Below, piece by piece: positions 1 to 62,800 of a stretch of DNA of 64,000 nucleotides. The notes below the pieces were generated by a model. The model worked only from the letters and a program-made list of their open reading frames with translations. It did not search any database and was not told the origin of the DNA. The position numbers were made by a program, and so were the translations under genes. Position 1 is the stretch's first letter. Every line of letters starts with the position of its first letter. Origin of the DNA: the human T2T-CHM13v2.0 reference genome, Homo sapiens; the NCBI RefSeq assembly GCF_009914755.1, contig NC_060943.1. The stretch is one strand, 5' to 3'.

Positions 1-7100
<7,100 letters not shown>

Positions 7101-7369
7101 AGGTGACCTGACTTGGCCGGGGGCACCCCGGGTCCCCACCCTGCCTGGTGCCCCAGGATGAGTCCATCTCTAACTGCCTCCCTGGCGGAAGCACTTGTCT
7201 GCCCTCTGGTGGCAGATTCTGGAAGTGCACTCCTGTGTGGCGTCAAGACACCCAGGCTCCCCCTGGTCTTCCCATCTTTTGGGAAGCCTGAAGCCTGGGG
7301 GTCTTCCTGCTTCCTTCCACTCACCTCCCACGCAAGTCAGCCACCAAGACCTGTCCTTCAACCTCCTGA

Positions 7370-7839
<470 letters not shown>

Positions 7840-7929
7840 TGATCTCGAACTCCTGACCTCAGGTGATCCACTCACCTCAGCCTCCCAAAGTGCTAGGATT
7901 ACAGGCATGAGCCATCATGCCCGGGCTAA

Positions 7930-8283
<354 letters not shown>

Positions 8284-8874
8284 TAAAGAGATGGGGTATC
8301 TCTGTGTTGCCCAGGCTGAGTGCAGTGGCAGTCATGGCTCACTGTAGCATTGAACTCCTGGACTCAAGTTATCCTCCCACCTCAGCCTCCCAAGTAGCTG
8401 GGACTACAGGCCCACACTACCATGCCCAAATAACTGTTTAACTTTTTTGCAGAGATGGGGGTCTTGTTGTGTTATCCAGGCTGGTCTCAAACTCTTGGGC
8501 TCATGCAATCCTCCCACCTTGGTTTCCCAAGGTGTTAGGATTATACAGGCATGAGCCATGGTGCCCAGCCTTAATCATGTTTTTTTTCTTTTTTTTTTTT
8601 TTTGAGATCGAGTCTCGCTCTGTCACCCAGGCTGGAGTGCAGTGGCGCGATATTGGCTCACTGCAAGCTCCGCCTCCCAGGTTCACGCCATCCTCCCGCT
8701 GAGTAGCTGGGACTACAGGCGCCTGCCACCACGCCTGGCTAATTTTTTTGTATTTTTAGTAGAGACGGGGTTTCACCATGTTAGCCAGGGTGGTCTCGAT
8801 CTCCTGACCTCGTGATCCGCCCACCTCAGCCTCCCAAAGTGCTGGGATTACAGGCGTGAGCCACTGCGCCCGGC

Positions 8875-9718
<844 letters not shown>

Positions 9719-9770
9719 AATTCCAGAACAGTGGGCATCAGTGGGCTCTGGGTGAGCACCTGCTGCATCA

Positions 9771-10248
<478 letters not shown>

Positions 10249-11301
10249 TCAGGCGTGTTGGTGGGCACCTATAATCCCAGCTACCTGGGAGGCTGAGGCA
10301 GGAGAATAGCTTGAATCTTGGAAGTGGAGGTTACAGTGAGCCGAAATCACACCATTGCTCTCCAGCGTGGGCGACAGAGAGAGACTCCATCTCAAAAAAA
10401 TAAACAAATAAATAAAAATAAAAAAATCAAGTCACTTCTTAGGCCCTCTCGGCCACCTCCCTTGTCTTCATCTGCCTGGCACTTTCCCTCCCAAGTGTGT
10501 TTCTCTTTTGTTACTGCTATCACGTGGCAGTCTCCACCTCATGATGAAAGGCAAACTGGACCCGGCACGGTGGCTCATGCCTGTAATCCCAGAACTTTGA
10601 GAGGCTGAGGCAGGAGGATTGCTTCAGCCCAGGAGTTTGAAACCAGGCCAGGCAACATAGTGAGACCCTGTCTAATGAAAAGTTAAAAAAAATTAGCTGG
10701 GTGTGGTGGCGTGCACCTGTGGTCCCAGCTGCTCAGGAGGCTGAGGTGGGAGGCTCACTTGAGCCCAAGAGGTAGATGCTGCAGTGAGCAGTGGTCACAC
10801 CACTGCACTCCAGCCTGGGCCATAAAGTGAGACCCTGTCTCAAAAAAACAAAAGGCAAGAAGCAAACTGGGCTGGACACAGTGGCTCACACCAGTAGTCC
10901 CAGCACTATGGGAGGCTGCAGGGGGAGAATCGCTTGAGCCCAGGAATTTGAGACCAGCCTGGGAAACAAAGCAAAATCCATCTCACAAAAGCAAACTGTG
11001 TCTTTCATCTCAAGCAGAGTAAAACCCAAAGCCCTCACCGTGGCCCACAAGGCTCCCTGGCCTCCCACACTGTCCCCCTCGCTTATCTGCCCCAGCCACG
11101 CCCACCTCCTGGCTGCCCTCGAGCCTCCTGGCTGCTGCCATCTCCCAGGCTATGCCCCTGTGGCTTCCTCTGCCCCAATTATTCTTCCTCCAAAGGATCT
11201 GGGCTGCTCCCTCTCTCAATTTAGGTCTTTGGTGAATGTCACGTCAGGGAGGCCTTTTCTGGTCACCCTCTTTAACCCACAACTCATTCCCGAACTTTCT
11301 C

Positions 11302-11889
11302 TGTGCAGAAAAGAGTTAACCTGGCAGGCTCCACAACAGACTGCTGTCCTTAGACAGGCCTGGGTGCACAGTTGGTCCTTGGCTGGGAACTTGGGTGTTG
11401 GGGGGGGGGTCTTATCACTTCCTGATAGAGTGGCTCGCTGCATCTATCTAGGCTGTTCGTGCAGGCCTAGAGTGGCTTGCTGCATCTATCTAGGCTGTTC
11501 GTGCAGGCACAGGCCTTCTTTCTGGGAGCCTGGCATTTTGGTATATGTTGGAGAGAAGGTGCTCTTGTGGCCGCCCCCATGAAACCAAGGGCGCTGAGGC
11601 TAGGATCAGAGTGTCCCTGGCTGACATTTCACACGTCACCATGATCCACTGCTGGAGGAATTAGGTGTGGCCTCTGGAAGTGCATGCCTGGTTTCCCGAG
11701 TTCACTCCATGCACCTTTCCTTTTGGCTGACTTGGCTCCATACCCTTTGATGAGAGTAAATCAGAGCTGTGAGTGCAATTGCATACTGAGTCCCCAGTCC
11801 CAGAGAACCATCAAACCTGGGGTGCTCTCTGATTCCTGAGTCCTAAAGAACCATCAAACCTGGGGGTGGTCTCGGGGACCCCCGGCACA
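11302..11889 (+). mobile_element. Solo LTR, MER21-like
   Basis: Starts TGTGCAGAAAAGAGTTAAC, ends AAACCTGGGGGTGGTCTCGGGGACCCCCGGCACA, resembling MER21 termini; flanked by L2-like sequence. Confidence 0.65.
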
Positions 11890-12090
11890 CTGTCCTTCTC
11901 AACTCTTTTCTCCTCCTGAACACTCACCACCATTGGGCATCCCATAATATTTTACCTGTTTACCTTGTCATCGTCTTGCCCACACCCCAGGTTCCACCCC
12001 AACCCTGCTCTGTGCAGTATTCCCAGCTCCACCCATAGAGACCCACAGAAGATGCTGGGGGAATATTTCCTGAATGACACCCATAACAGC

Positions 12091-12096
12091 TTTATT
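12091..12096 (-). terminator. RABAC1: RABAC1 poly(A) signal AATAAA
   Basis: tttatt on plus strand ~135 nt past the stop codon. Confidence 0.85.
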
Positions 12097-12228
12097 TTCA
12101 AAGGCGGGATCCCTCCCCGGGCTTGTGATGGGACGGCGCTGTGGGCCCGAGCAGCAGAGCCGTGCAGGACAGGCATGGGCAGGGGTGGGGCAGCTGGCCC
12201 GGGAGGCCGGCAGGTCCCAGAAGACACC

Positions 12229-12317
12229 TCACACGGGTTCCATCTGCAGCTCCTCCCCGTCCACAGCCTCAATCTGGTGGAAGGCAGCGTGGGAGCCGAT
12301 GACCACCAGGGTGGCTC
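12229..12317 (-). CDS. RABAC1: RABAC1 exon 5 (coding part)
   Basis: ATLVVIGSHAAFHQIEAVDGEELQMEPV*; TGA at 12229-12231. Confidence 0.95.
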
Positions 12318-14675
12318 CTGCAGGAAAGCCGGCAGCTCAGGGCCACACTCCTGCACCTGGCTCCCACCATCCACCCCAGCTGCTCAGACCCTGTACTCAC
12401 CCAGCACCCAGAAGACGGCCGAGCCCGCACCAGCCAGCCAGAAGAAGGGGAAGGAGATGCCTCCAGCCAGAGCATACTGATGCGCTGGGCTCACCTCTCG
12501 GCCTGGGGGCAGATGGCATTGGGGTGCTGTTCCGACTCTCCATGCCCTCTCCCAGAGTAACCCCTGCTGCCCCCCAACAATCCGTACAAGCTCCAGGTTC
12601 TCGGGATCGAATCCAAACTCCTCATGCCAAGGCCCTCCAGGTCCTGGGGTCACCCTGTTCCCCTGCTGTCCCCACTGCCCTCCAAAACACAGCACACCGT
12701 CCTCGCCTGCCTCAGCCCCACCCTCTGCCCTCTGCCCCACATCCTCCAGGAAGTTCCTGGGATCCCGGCTTCCTGCTCCCTAGACTAGGGCTCTCCTGCT
12801 GCAACCCTCGCGCAGACCAGGGTCTCAAACTGGTGGCCCAAGGGCCAAATCTGACCTGTGGATGTGTTTTTTGAGCTGTTTTGCAAGGATGTGATTTGTG
12901 GCTGGCAAAGTGAACGATTTCACATAAAAATACCAACTTCAGGCTTCTCATAGAAGTCTCAGGGATGGGGTCTACATGCTCTGGTGACGGTGATCAGCTG
13001 AAGCCAAGTCGTGCCTGTGCTTCAGGCACTCCCTCCACCCCAGCCCATCAAGCACATAACTTGCAGGCCCCTGAAGAGCCTGGCCTTCAGGTCTACCTAA
13101 CTGTCCAATCCCAACTCCCTGACCCCACTCCAAACCTTGATTTTCCCCTGGGGGGAATTTCCCCTGGCATTTTGTTTTCCCAGTGGTCCTTGGTACTACT
13201 AGTCTGGGAACCACATGAAACATACTCCTCGGCTTCCCTCTCTAAGTTCCAAGTTCTTTCTGGTCACACCCCAGAAAGCAGGAAAAGAAACGGGAACAGA
13301 TCTAGGCCAGTGTAAGGTGGCCACCTGGTGTCCAGTGTGGGCACCTGCAGCTGATGTTGGCCGCAGAGAGCGGCAAGGGGAGGAGAGAGAGGGGAGGAGT
13401 CATGTGGTTTGAAAAGGAGTAGGTTTAAGGCACAGCAGCCAGGTGGATCCTGGGTTTGAGGAATAGCAATTTGAGGGGGCTGAGACTCGATGGAAGGATC
13501 GGTTGTGTCTGAGATTTTAAGGGATCAGGTTTGGGGGATCTAGTGTACATCTAGGCTTGGGCGGACTTGGGTTTTGAAGGACTTGGATTTGGGGTCTGAG
13601 GTCTGTCTGCATTCCAAAAGACCAAGATTTGAGGGACCAAGGATTCATCTGGGCAGGGGGTTTCTCACCAAAGAGCACAAGCTTGGACTCCAAGGTGCGC
13701 AGATAGAGAATGTAACAGGCGCCGAAAAAGACAGCCAGAGCCACCAGCAACATAGGGGACGTCACCCTGGAGGAGGAGTGCAGGGAGGCAGCGGTTAGAC
13801 AGCTGGGGCTGGGCCAGCCCGACGGCCCTGGCCTTCTCCACCGGCGGGCGGCAAGCTACATCCTGGAGACCAGGGAGGGCCAGGTGACATTTAGTCACAC
13901 TGCATCCTGGCCAGGGTGATGGTGGGGTAGGGGACCTGGCCCTTTGGTGACAAGGTAGTCTAGCAGAGCCAATCCTTGGGGGCGGGGCCTGGGCGGTGAG
14001 AAGAGGGCCCTGGGCGGTAAGAGGAGGGACCGGGCGGTGAAGGGCGGGGCCTGAGCGGCGAGAGGAGGGGTCCAGCCGGTCGGGGCTAGTGCGGGTGCGG
14101 GGCCCGGGAGGCACTCACACACAGTACAGGATGAGGCCCAGGAACACGAACACATAGTTGCTCTGGTAGTACTCCACGTTGCGTACGAGGCGCTGGCACA
14201 GCTCTCCCAGGTTGCGGGGCCGTGAGAAGCGCTGCTGGTCCACGAAGGTGCTCCAGGGCCGGATGGTCGCGCGGCGCCGCTCCAGCCACTCCCGGCCTGC
14301 ACCGGAGGGAATCAGCTTCGGCAGCAGGGTCCTGCGGGGGGTGGGGCCGGGTCAGTGGTGGACCGGGATGGAGCCCCAGACCCCCGCAAAAGAAGGGGAC
14401 TAAGGGTGCCTGGACTCCCTCCCGGGACCCCAGATTCCTGTACAGCAGGCAGGGAGGGGACTAGGGGCCCAGACTCCAGGGTCCCATTAGAGGAGACCGG
14501 GGCCAACACTTCTGCGGCTCGGGGCTGGGACTCCAGGCTCTCGAGGGAGGAGGGAGGAGGGGGCCGGGGGCCCGGACTCCCGGGTCTCTGGTCCGAGGGC
14601 CTAGAGCCAGCTCGCTCACGTGCCGCTCAGCCCTTCCGCCTCGGCATCTTTCTGCTGGTCCTTCTGCGCTGCCAT
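12229..14675 (-). CDS. RABAC1: Prenylated Rab acceptor 1 (PRA1), complete spliced CDS, 185 aa
   Basis: Exons 14620-14675, 14119-14331, 13669-13766, 12401-12502, 12229-12317; all GT-AG; 558 nt; translates MAAQKDQQKDAEAEGLSG...NVEYYQSNY...GEELQMEPV* (PRA1 family). Confidence 0.98.
12401..12502 (-). CDS. RABAC1: RABAC1 exon 4
   Basis: REVSPAHQYALAGGISFPFFWLAGAGSAVFWVL; 102 nt. Confidence 0.95.
12818..12955 (+). mobile_element. MER102/MER58-like hAT remnant in RABAC1 intron 3
   Basis: cagggtctcaaactggtggcccaagggccaaatctgacctg...gatttcacataaaaat. Confidence 0.5.
13669..13766 (-). CDS. RABAC1: RABAC1 exon 3
   Basis: VTSPMLLVALAVFFGACYILYLRTLESKLVLF; 98 nt. Confidence 0.95.
14119..14331 (-). CDS. 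RABAC1: RABAC1 exon 2
   Basis: cag acceptor, TLLPKLIP...LILYC, gtgagt donor; 213 nt. Confidence 0.95.
14620..14675 (-). CDS. RABAC1: RABAC1 coding exon 1
   Basis: ATG at 14675; MAAQKDQQKDAEAEGLSG; donor gtgagc. Confidence 0.95.
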
Positions 14676-15061
14676 GTTTGCGTCGTGAGGGGTAGAGCTG
14701 CTGTAACCAGCCCGGTACCCTGAAGACCCCGCCGGCCCCGCCCGACGCCGGCCCCACCCAGCGGAGTCGACGTGGCGCAGCCCCGGAGCAGCTGGGGACT
14801 GTAGTTCTGCCGCCGAGTATTGTGGGAGTTGTAGTCCTGACGGTGACTAAGAGGATGGGCGCTATGATGGCGGTCTGACTCGCAAAACACCTTGGGAGAT
14901 ATAATCCCAGAAAGTGACGGCGCGCGCCTCTGGGTATTATAGGAGTTGTAGTTTCAGGAGGGTGCATGTGGGCTGTCAGGAGCGAGGGCGTTATGGGAAC
15001 TCTAACGGCAGAAGCGGGCGTTGTGTACTCTCCCAGGGAAGGCACAATGGGGACCGTGCAG

Positions 15062-15240
15062 AGCTGTCCTTCTGACTCTAGAGGGCATAAAAAAACACCT
15101 GGAGGGCTTGCTAAAACAGATTCCTGGGCCCTAGCCCAGATGTTTTCATTCAGCAAGTCTGGGGTGGAGCCCATAATTTCCATTTCTGAGTTCCCAGGTG
15201 ATGCTGATGCCCCTGGTCCATGGACTACATTTTGAGTAGA
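15062..15240 (+). mobile_element. MER5A-like DNA transposon remnant
   Basis: cacctggagggcttgctaaaacagattcctgggccc...cccaggtgatgctgatgc... Confidence 0.7.
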
Positions 15241-15450
15241 AAGATTTAGATAATTTGTGGGAATTGATTCCTTCCTCAAGAGATTGAGGCTAGTGAGGGG
15301 GCCATGGTTGCTGGAGGGGTATCTGAGGTTGCCCCCTGCCCCACCTTGTGGAGTCCCAAAGATGAATGAGTTGGGGCTAGGGACACCTCCGACCCCGCCA
15401 CACACACCTTTGGAGAGAAGGGAGTGAAGTTGGGAAAGACAAAAGGTTGA

Positions 15451-21470
<6,020 letters not shown>

Positions 21471-21841
21471 AGAATAGCGTAGTGACCTAGAACTTTGGAC
21501 AGCCTTGGTTCAAATCCCAGATTTGTCTCTTCTTAGCTGTGTGCAAATCACTTCTTCTCTCTGTGCACATTTAATGCACACTTAAAAGTGGGCAGAGCAC
21601 ATAGCAGGCACTCAGTGAATCACTGTCATCACCATCATCATCGTCATTGTGTCCCCTGGGTCCTACTCCTATAGGAGAGGCTCCCAGTCACCATCCCACG
21701 TCTGCTTCCCTCCCTCTCCCCTGTTCTGATTCCACAATGCCATCGCCTGGTGAATTCAAGCTGCTCTGACTTTCGTGGAGTTGAAAACTCCGTGATTAGA
21801 TGGCTCTGAGATTCCGTGACTTCCAAGCCAGTGCCAGGCTA

Positions 21842-49438
<27,597 letters not shown>

Positions 49439-51465
49439 CTTGGCGGCTCCGCGGCGAGAGAGCCAGGCGGGCGGGGCGGGGACCTCGGGGCGGGCTCAGG
49501 CTCAGGCTTGGGCTGGGAGCCTCTGCAGCGCCCGCGCCTCGGTAGGTGCGCGCGTCCGTCCGTCCGTCCGTTGGTCCCACCGCACAGAGGCTGCGGCGGC
49601 CGCCGCCTCCGCCTCCTCATATGCCCGCGTCCGCGGGAGGGGGGCGGCGCTGGCCAATCAGGGGCGCCGCCGTGCTGACGGACGGCCCGCGGCCCCGCCC
49701 CTGGTACTGCAGCTGTCCTCCCCTTGGGCTCCGCAAAGTGGCGGCGCGGCCGCGAAGGGGGAGCGCTGCGGGGGTGGGGGGATTCCCAGAGACCTCCGCA
49801 ATAGGGGACTTGGAGACCCCCTCAATATGGAGTAGGGCCTCCAAGAAGGGGCGCTCAGGGAAAGAAAACCCCGGAAATCCTCTCATTGTGGGGGTGTGCC
49901 ATCACCGAGAAGGGTACGCTGGGGGAGGGGGGGCGGGTAGTGACACGGGGTGGGAGGGAAGCCCGGTGAATCACTGCAGTGTGGCACCAGGGACCCTGGA
50001 GACGGCGGGGGGTAGTGCTGTTCAGGGAGAGGGCCCTGCAGGAGGGGAAGTTGGAAGGGAACACAAGAGAGCAAGAAAGGCCTTGCAATTGAGGAGGGGT
50101 GCTGGCGGGAGGAGCCCTGAGATTCCCTCACTGTGGGTGCCCCCCCACTACGCCTGAGCTATCCAATGAGCCACAACCACACAGGGTACACGGGAGACAC
50201 AACACGGTGGAGGATGGCCCCAGGAGGCCCAGAAAATGCCCAGCGTCACAGTTACACAGGACCATCACACTGATAGCCCAGATGCTGGGGACACGCACAC
50301 ACCACAGGGTTGCACTCATATTCCACCATAGGCCAGCATGTACCCTCACACACACAACACCACCCCACCACACACAGAGTCTCAAACATAGAGTGAAACA
50401 CACATAGGGCACACACCTTACACACCCATCACACCACAAGAGACTCATAATCACAGCCACAAAGTGCTGTGCGGACTAACACCGACACTCAGAAAATCGC
50501 AGACTCACACATCACACACTCTACCACACCTGACCTCCCACCATCTCACATAGAAACCCACATCGTGCAACCCATAAACCAACACACACCTGCACTCAGC
50601 ACCATCACACACGCACAGGCCTCACACTGCCTCCAGACACACTACATCAGCCTTTGTGGACATCGTTGCATGATCCCACGATGTCGCACACATCCTCACA
50701 CACACTGCTCCCCAGTGTGTTTGGGCATGAGCAACGGCCCACAGTGCAAAGTTGCCAATGCTAACTGTGAATGACAGACAAAAAGGTGCACACACTTACA
50801 CATAGCACAATAATTCAAACACAAGTCACGCGACACCCACACACCTCCCACACATACACACATCACGTTATTGCAGCACTATCGCAGACATCTTTGTTGC
50901 ACCTCCAAACACACCCCAACGCCCTCACCCACATGACACACAGAGCTCGTCACAGTATATGTACACACACAGATGCACAGCCGGCACCCACACCCCAGGC
51001 CTGCTGCCGACACACAACACCCCATCAGCCACCCCACTGGAGCCCAAGAAGTTGAGGCCTCCCCACTCACTCCAACACCACTTTGTTCTATGAGGAACAC
51101 CCCAGACTCTCCCTGGGGATGGTAGAAGGGGAAGAGAGAGAGAGAGAGACAGAGAGCATTTGACCTTGTAGTTTTCTCAGAATGTGGGTATCCTCTCCAC
51201 CTATGGGATAGGAGATGTGGGGGACGCAGGCAAGGGACAGGGAGTGAGCTTGGTGTATGAGGGTGGGTGGGTGAAGGTCGAGGACCTGGTGCAGGGAAAT
51301 GTGTGAAAGGCTGAAGGCCAGAGAGAGGCACAGAAACACAGAGATTCAGAGCCACAGCATATGGACAGAGACAAGGCCAGAGAGTGAATGGAGGCTTTCC
51401 CCAGTGCCCAGAGCCCCATCCCAATCCTGTCCTCTGACCCGTCCCCATCTTTCTCGCTGTCCTTT

Positions 51466-51540
51466 GTTGCCATGGTAACAGGGAGCTGCTTCTGCAGCAA
51501 AGGAGGTTGGGCCTGCAGACTGGGCTGTTGCCATGGAGAC
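51466..51540. promoter_or_regulatory. Pair of RFX X-box motifs
   Basis: GTTGCCATGGTAAC 51466-51479 and GTTGCCATGGAGAC 51527-51540. Confidence 0.7.
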
Positions 51541-53703
51541 TGGGAAAGGGGGAGGAGCCACATCTTTTAACCCAGATGCCTCGCCCCCAGACGCCCCCTC
51601 CCCAACTCTGCCCTCTTCCTAGGGGAGGGAGAGCCTATCAACATATCCTCCTTTCCTTCTCTTGACACCTTGGCCTAGAGGCATGGGCCTGGACCATGGA
51701 GAATGGGACTGGGGAGATGGGGAAGCCTGGGGAGGTGGGGGAGGCCTGGATTCCAGGAGATTCTAGGCTCTGTCTGCTCTTGCTCTCCAGCTGGGCCGGG
51801 GGAGGCCTTGAGCCCTTCCCATCCCACCTCAGACACAAGCTCACGTCCCCCCTCATGCACTCTCTCCTCAGGCACGAGCCTGATGAGACTGATGACTGTG
51901 CATCGTGCTCCTGGTGAGGCTCTGCAGAAGTAGGGGGGGCGGTGAGAAGGAAAGACCTGGGAAGGTCACAGGGATAAAGGGGAATAGGGGAGCTAGATGT
52001 GAGAGGCGGAAGGAGAGACACAGAGGGAGAAACAGGCAGCCCAGAACCAGAGAGAGGCGGATACAAACAGATTGAAAAAGACAGACAGAGATTGGCAGAT
52101 GCAGAGATGAGAACACGGAGACAGAGCAACGGAAGAGTTCAGTGAAGGTGACAGAGACAGAGAGACGTAGACAGCCAGGCAGAGACAGGCTTGGTAAACC
52201 AGGGAGACTCAGAGATAAAGGCCAGGGGGAGACTGAGCAGAAACCTGGTAGGGGACCGGGGACTCAGAAATGGGGGAGACCCCAGAGGGAATTGGCCTCG
52301 AGGCATTGGGACAGAGAAGGGGGAGAAACCAGAAATGTCTGTAATCATGTTCTAGTCACCTCGACAAAGAGTCCGACCCAAGGGCAGAGACATTGATTGG
52401 AGTGTGTAAGAGACGTGGAGATAGAGATGCGAGACAACAGAGAGAGGCTGGTGCCTGCCCCCACACCTGTCCGAGGGGCACGCAACCAGGGTCTGAGACG
52501 CAGAAGGGGACGGGTGGCGACGGGGGGCGCTGTGTGCGGGGAGGGGTCTCCCAGGGTGTGGCCGGCCTGCCAGGACTGCGCTGGGCAGGCGGGCCCTGGA
52601 GGGAAGTCGGGCGCTCTGGGCTCAGGCTGGCCAACTGGGTGCTGAACGGACAGCTCCCAAGCCCCGGGCCGCCGCCCAGGAACGGGCGCAGCCTCGCTCT
52701 CTCTGGGACCTTTCCAGTCAGGCTTTCCTTTCCGTTCCAGTCCCCTCCAGGTTCCATTTAGTTTTTTATGGCTTCCTGTCTCTCACCCCAACTCCGGGTG
52801 TATCTTACCCTCCCGCTTCACCTCTGGTCTCAGCCCTCTATTCTTTCTCCAGTCTTCTCTCACCTCACCCAGCCTCTCTCCCTGTCTCGCCGGCTCTGTG
52901 TCCTCTAGCTCTCTCTCCCCATCCCCCTCCCGCCCACTCTGCCCCCTTCGTTGTCTCTCCCCATCTCTGTCTCTCGCCATCCCTCCATCTCTCCCTTTCT
53001 GCTCGGCCTCGTTTTGGCTCTTGCTGTGTGACCTTCACTCGTCCTTCCTCAGCTGCAGTTTCCACAGAAACCTCCGGCGGGGCAGGGAGGGCGGGGACAG
53101 AAGGCGGACCCACCTTTCTCCTGCGCCATCAGCCCTTCAGCCTCTCCCACCCCTGCCCGCCCACCCACCCCCCAGTCTACTGGGATTCCTCACTTCCTCT
53201 CTTGGGGGTTGGGGAGGTACATTTTCAACAGAAACACGGGATCACAGCCACAGACAGTTGAAGATGGCCTCGCAGATGCGTGCACACACGATCACAACGT
53301 CACTGAATCACCCCGGCCCAGGCACACACTCGCCACCCCAGGCACGGCCACACTCAACAGCTCACTGGCCCTCCCCTCCCCCAGCCCCATCTGTTTTCTG
53401 TCTTTCTGTGTCTCCGCTTCCGGTGTCTCCGCGTCTCCAGATCCCTGCATCTCTCCATCTGTCTCAGGGTCTCTGTCGCAGCCTCCCTCTGTCCTGAGAG
53501 AAGGTCAGTGGAGAGGGGCCAGCTGCTGGGACCCGGGCTGGCCTGCAGCCTGTAGGCAGGGCTGAGGGTGGAGAGAGCATGGAAGTAACCATCGAGGCTC
53601 ACTCTGATTCTCAGCAGGTGCCCCGGGGACCCAAGCCTCCAAAGCCCTCACACCCCCAGGAAATGAGAGACGGTATCCCCAGTTCTGGGGTTTTGTTCTT
53701 TTT

Positions 53704-53709
53704 TTTATT
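53704..53709 (-). terminator. GRIK5: GRIK5 poly(A) signal AATAAA
   Basis: tttatt on plus ~525 nt past the stop codon. Confidence 0.85.
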
Positions 53710-54232
53710 CCAACAGGGGCTGCGATGTGGCAAGGGGAGGGATGGGGGCCCAACTGACCCCCTCCCTGGGGGAGGTCTCATAGAAATTCCGAGGTTTCTC
53801 CCCCCAAAAAAGAGAGGAAGAGAAGAGTGGAGGGGCACCAGGGGACACCCATCTGTCCAGAGGCCCTCCCCACCTCCAGAAGCGTGGGGGGCTGCGTCAA
53901 GTCTTGGGGAGCCTGAGCAGTCCCAGAATGGGGTCCTCTCCGCTGACTGCTTTCCGCTTCCCAGAGCCGCCCCCGAAGTCCCCAGCCCCTGGAGTCCTCG
54001 GTTCCTGCGCCCTTCTCGCCCGCGGCACCCTCTCGCGAGTCCACTGGGGGGCGCAGGCGGGCTCCAGAGCCAGGCCTCGGACTTCGCGGGGAACCAAAGG
54101 CAAAATCGCGGCGTCCGGGGCGCCGGCGCACAAGTCCTGTCCCGCGCCCGCTGCGGGAGCGGAGACTGCTGGGGCCTGGGGCGGGCCCCGTCCCTTCGGT
54201 CAGTCCGGGCGCCCGCACAGCCCCGCCCGTGG

Positions 54233-62173
<7,941 letters not shown>

Positions 62174-62392
62174 CTGAAGGGTGGGAGGGGTGAGTCACGG
62201 GCTGGAGTCACCCCTGCTGACCTGCCCCCGTGGCCATGCCCCCCATTGGTGGTGCCCCTCCCAAGTGACCCCAGCATCTGGAAGACTCAGTGACTGCTGG
62301 GTGCAGAAGCGGGGAGTGTGGATTCTGAAGCCAGACTTCCTGGTTGTAAATATTGCATCCGGAGACTTCTACTTCCAGATATAAAAGAGTAA

Positions 62393-62800
<408 letters not shown>

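Larger units (their letters stand above)
13975..15020. promoter_or_regulatory. RABAC1 CpG island/promoter with clustered ZNF143/THAP11-type (ACTACAnnTCCCA) motifs
   Basis: High CpG density over exons 1-2; motif copies at 14793-14806, 14823-14836, 14940-14953 and weaker ones at 14892-14906, 14993-15006. Confidence 0.8.
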
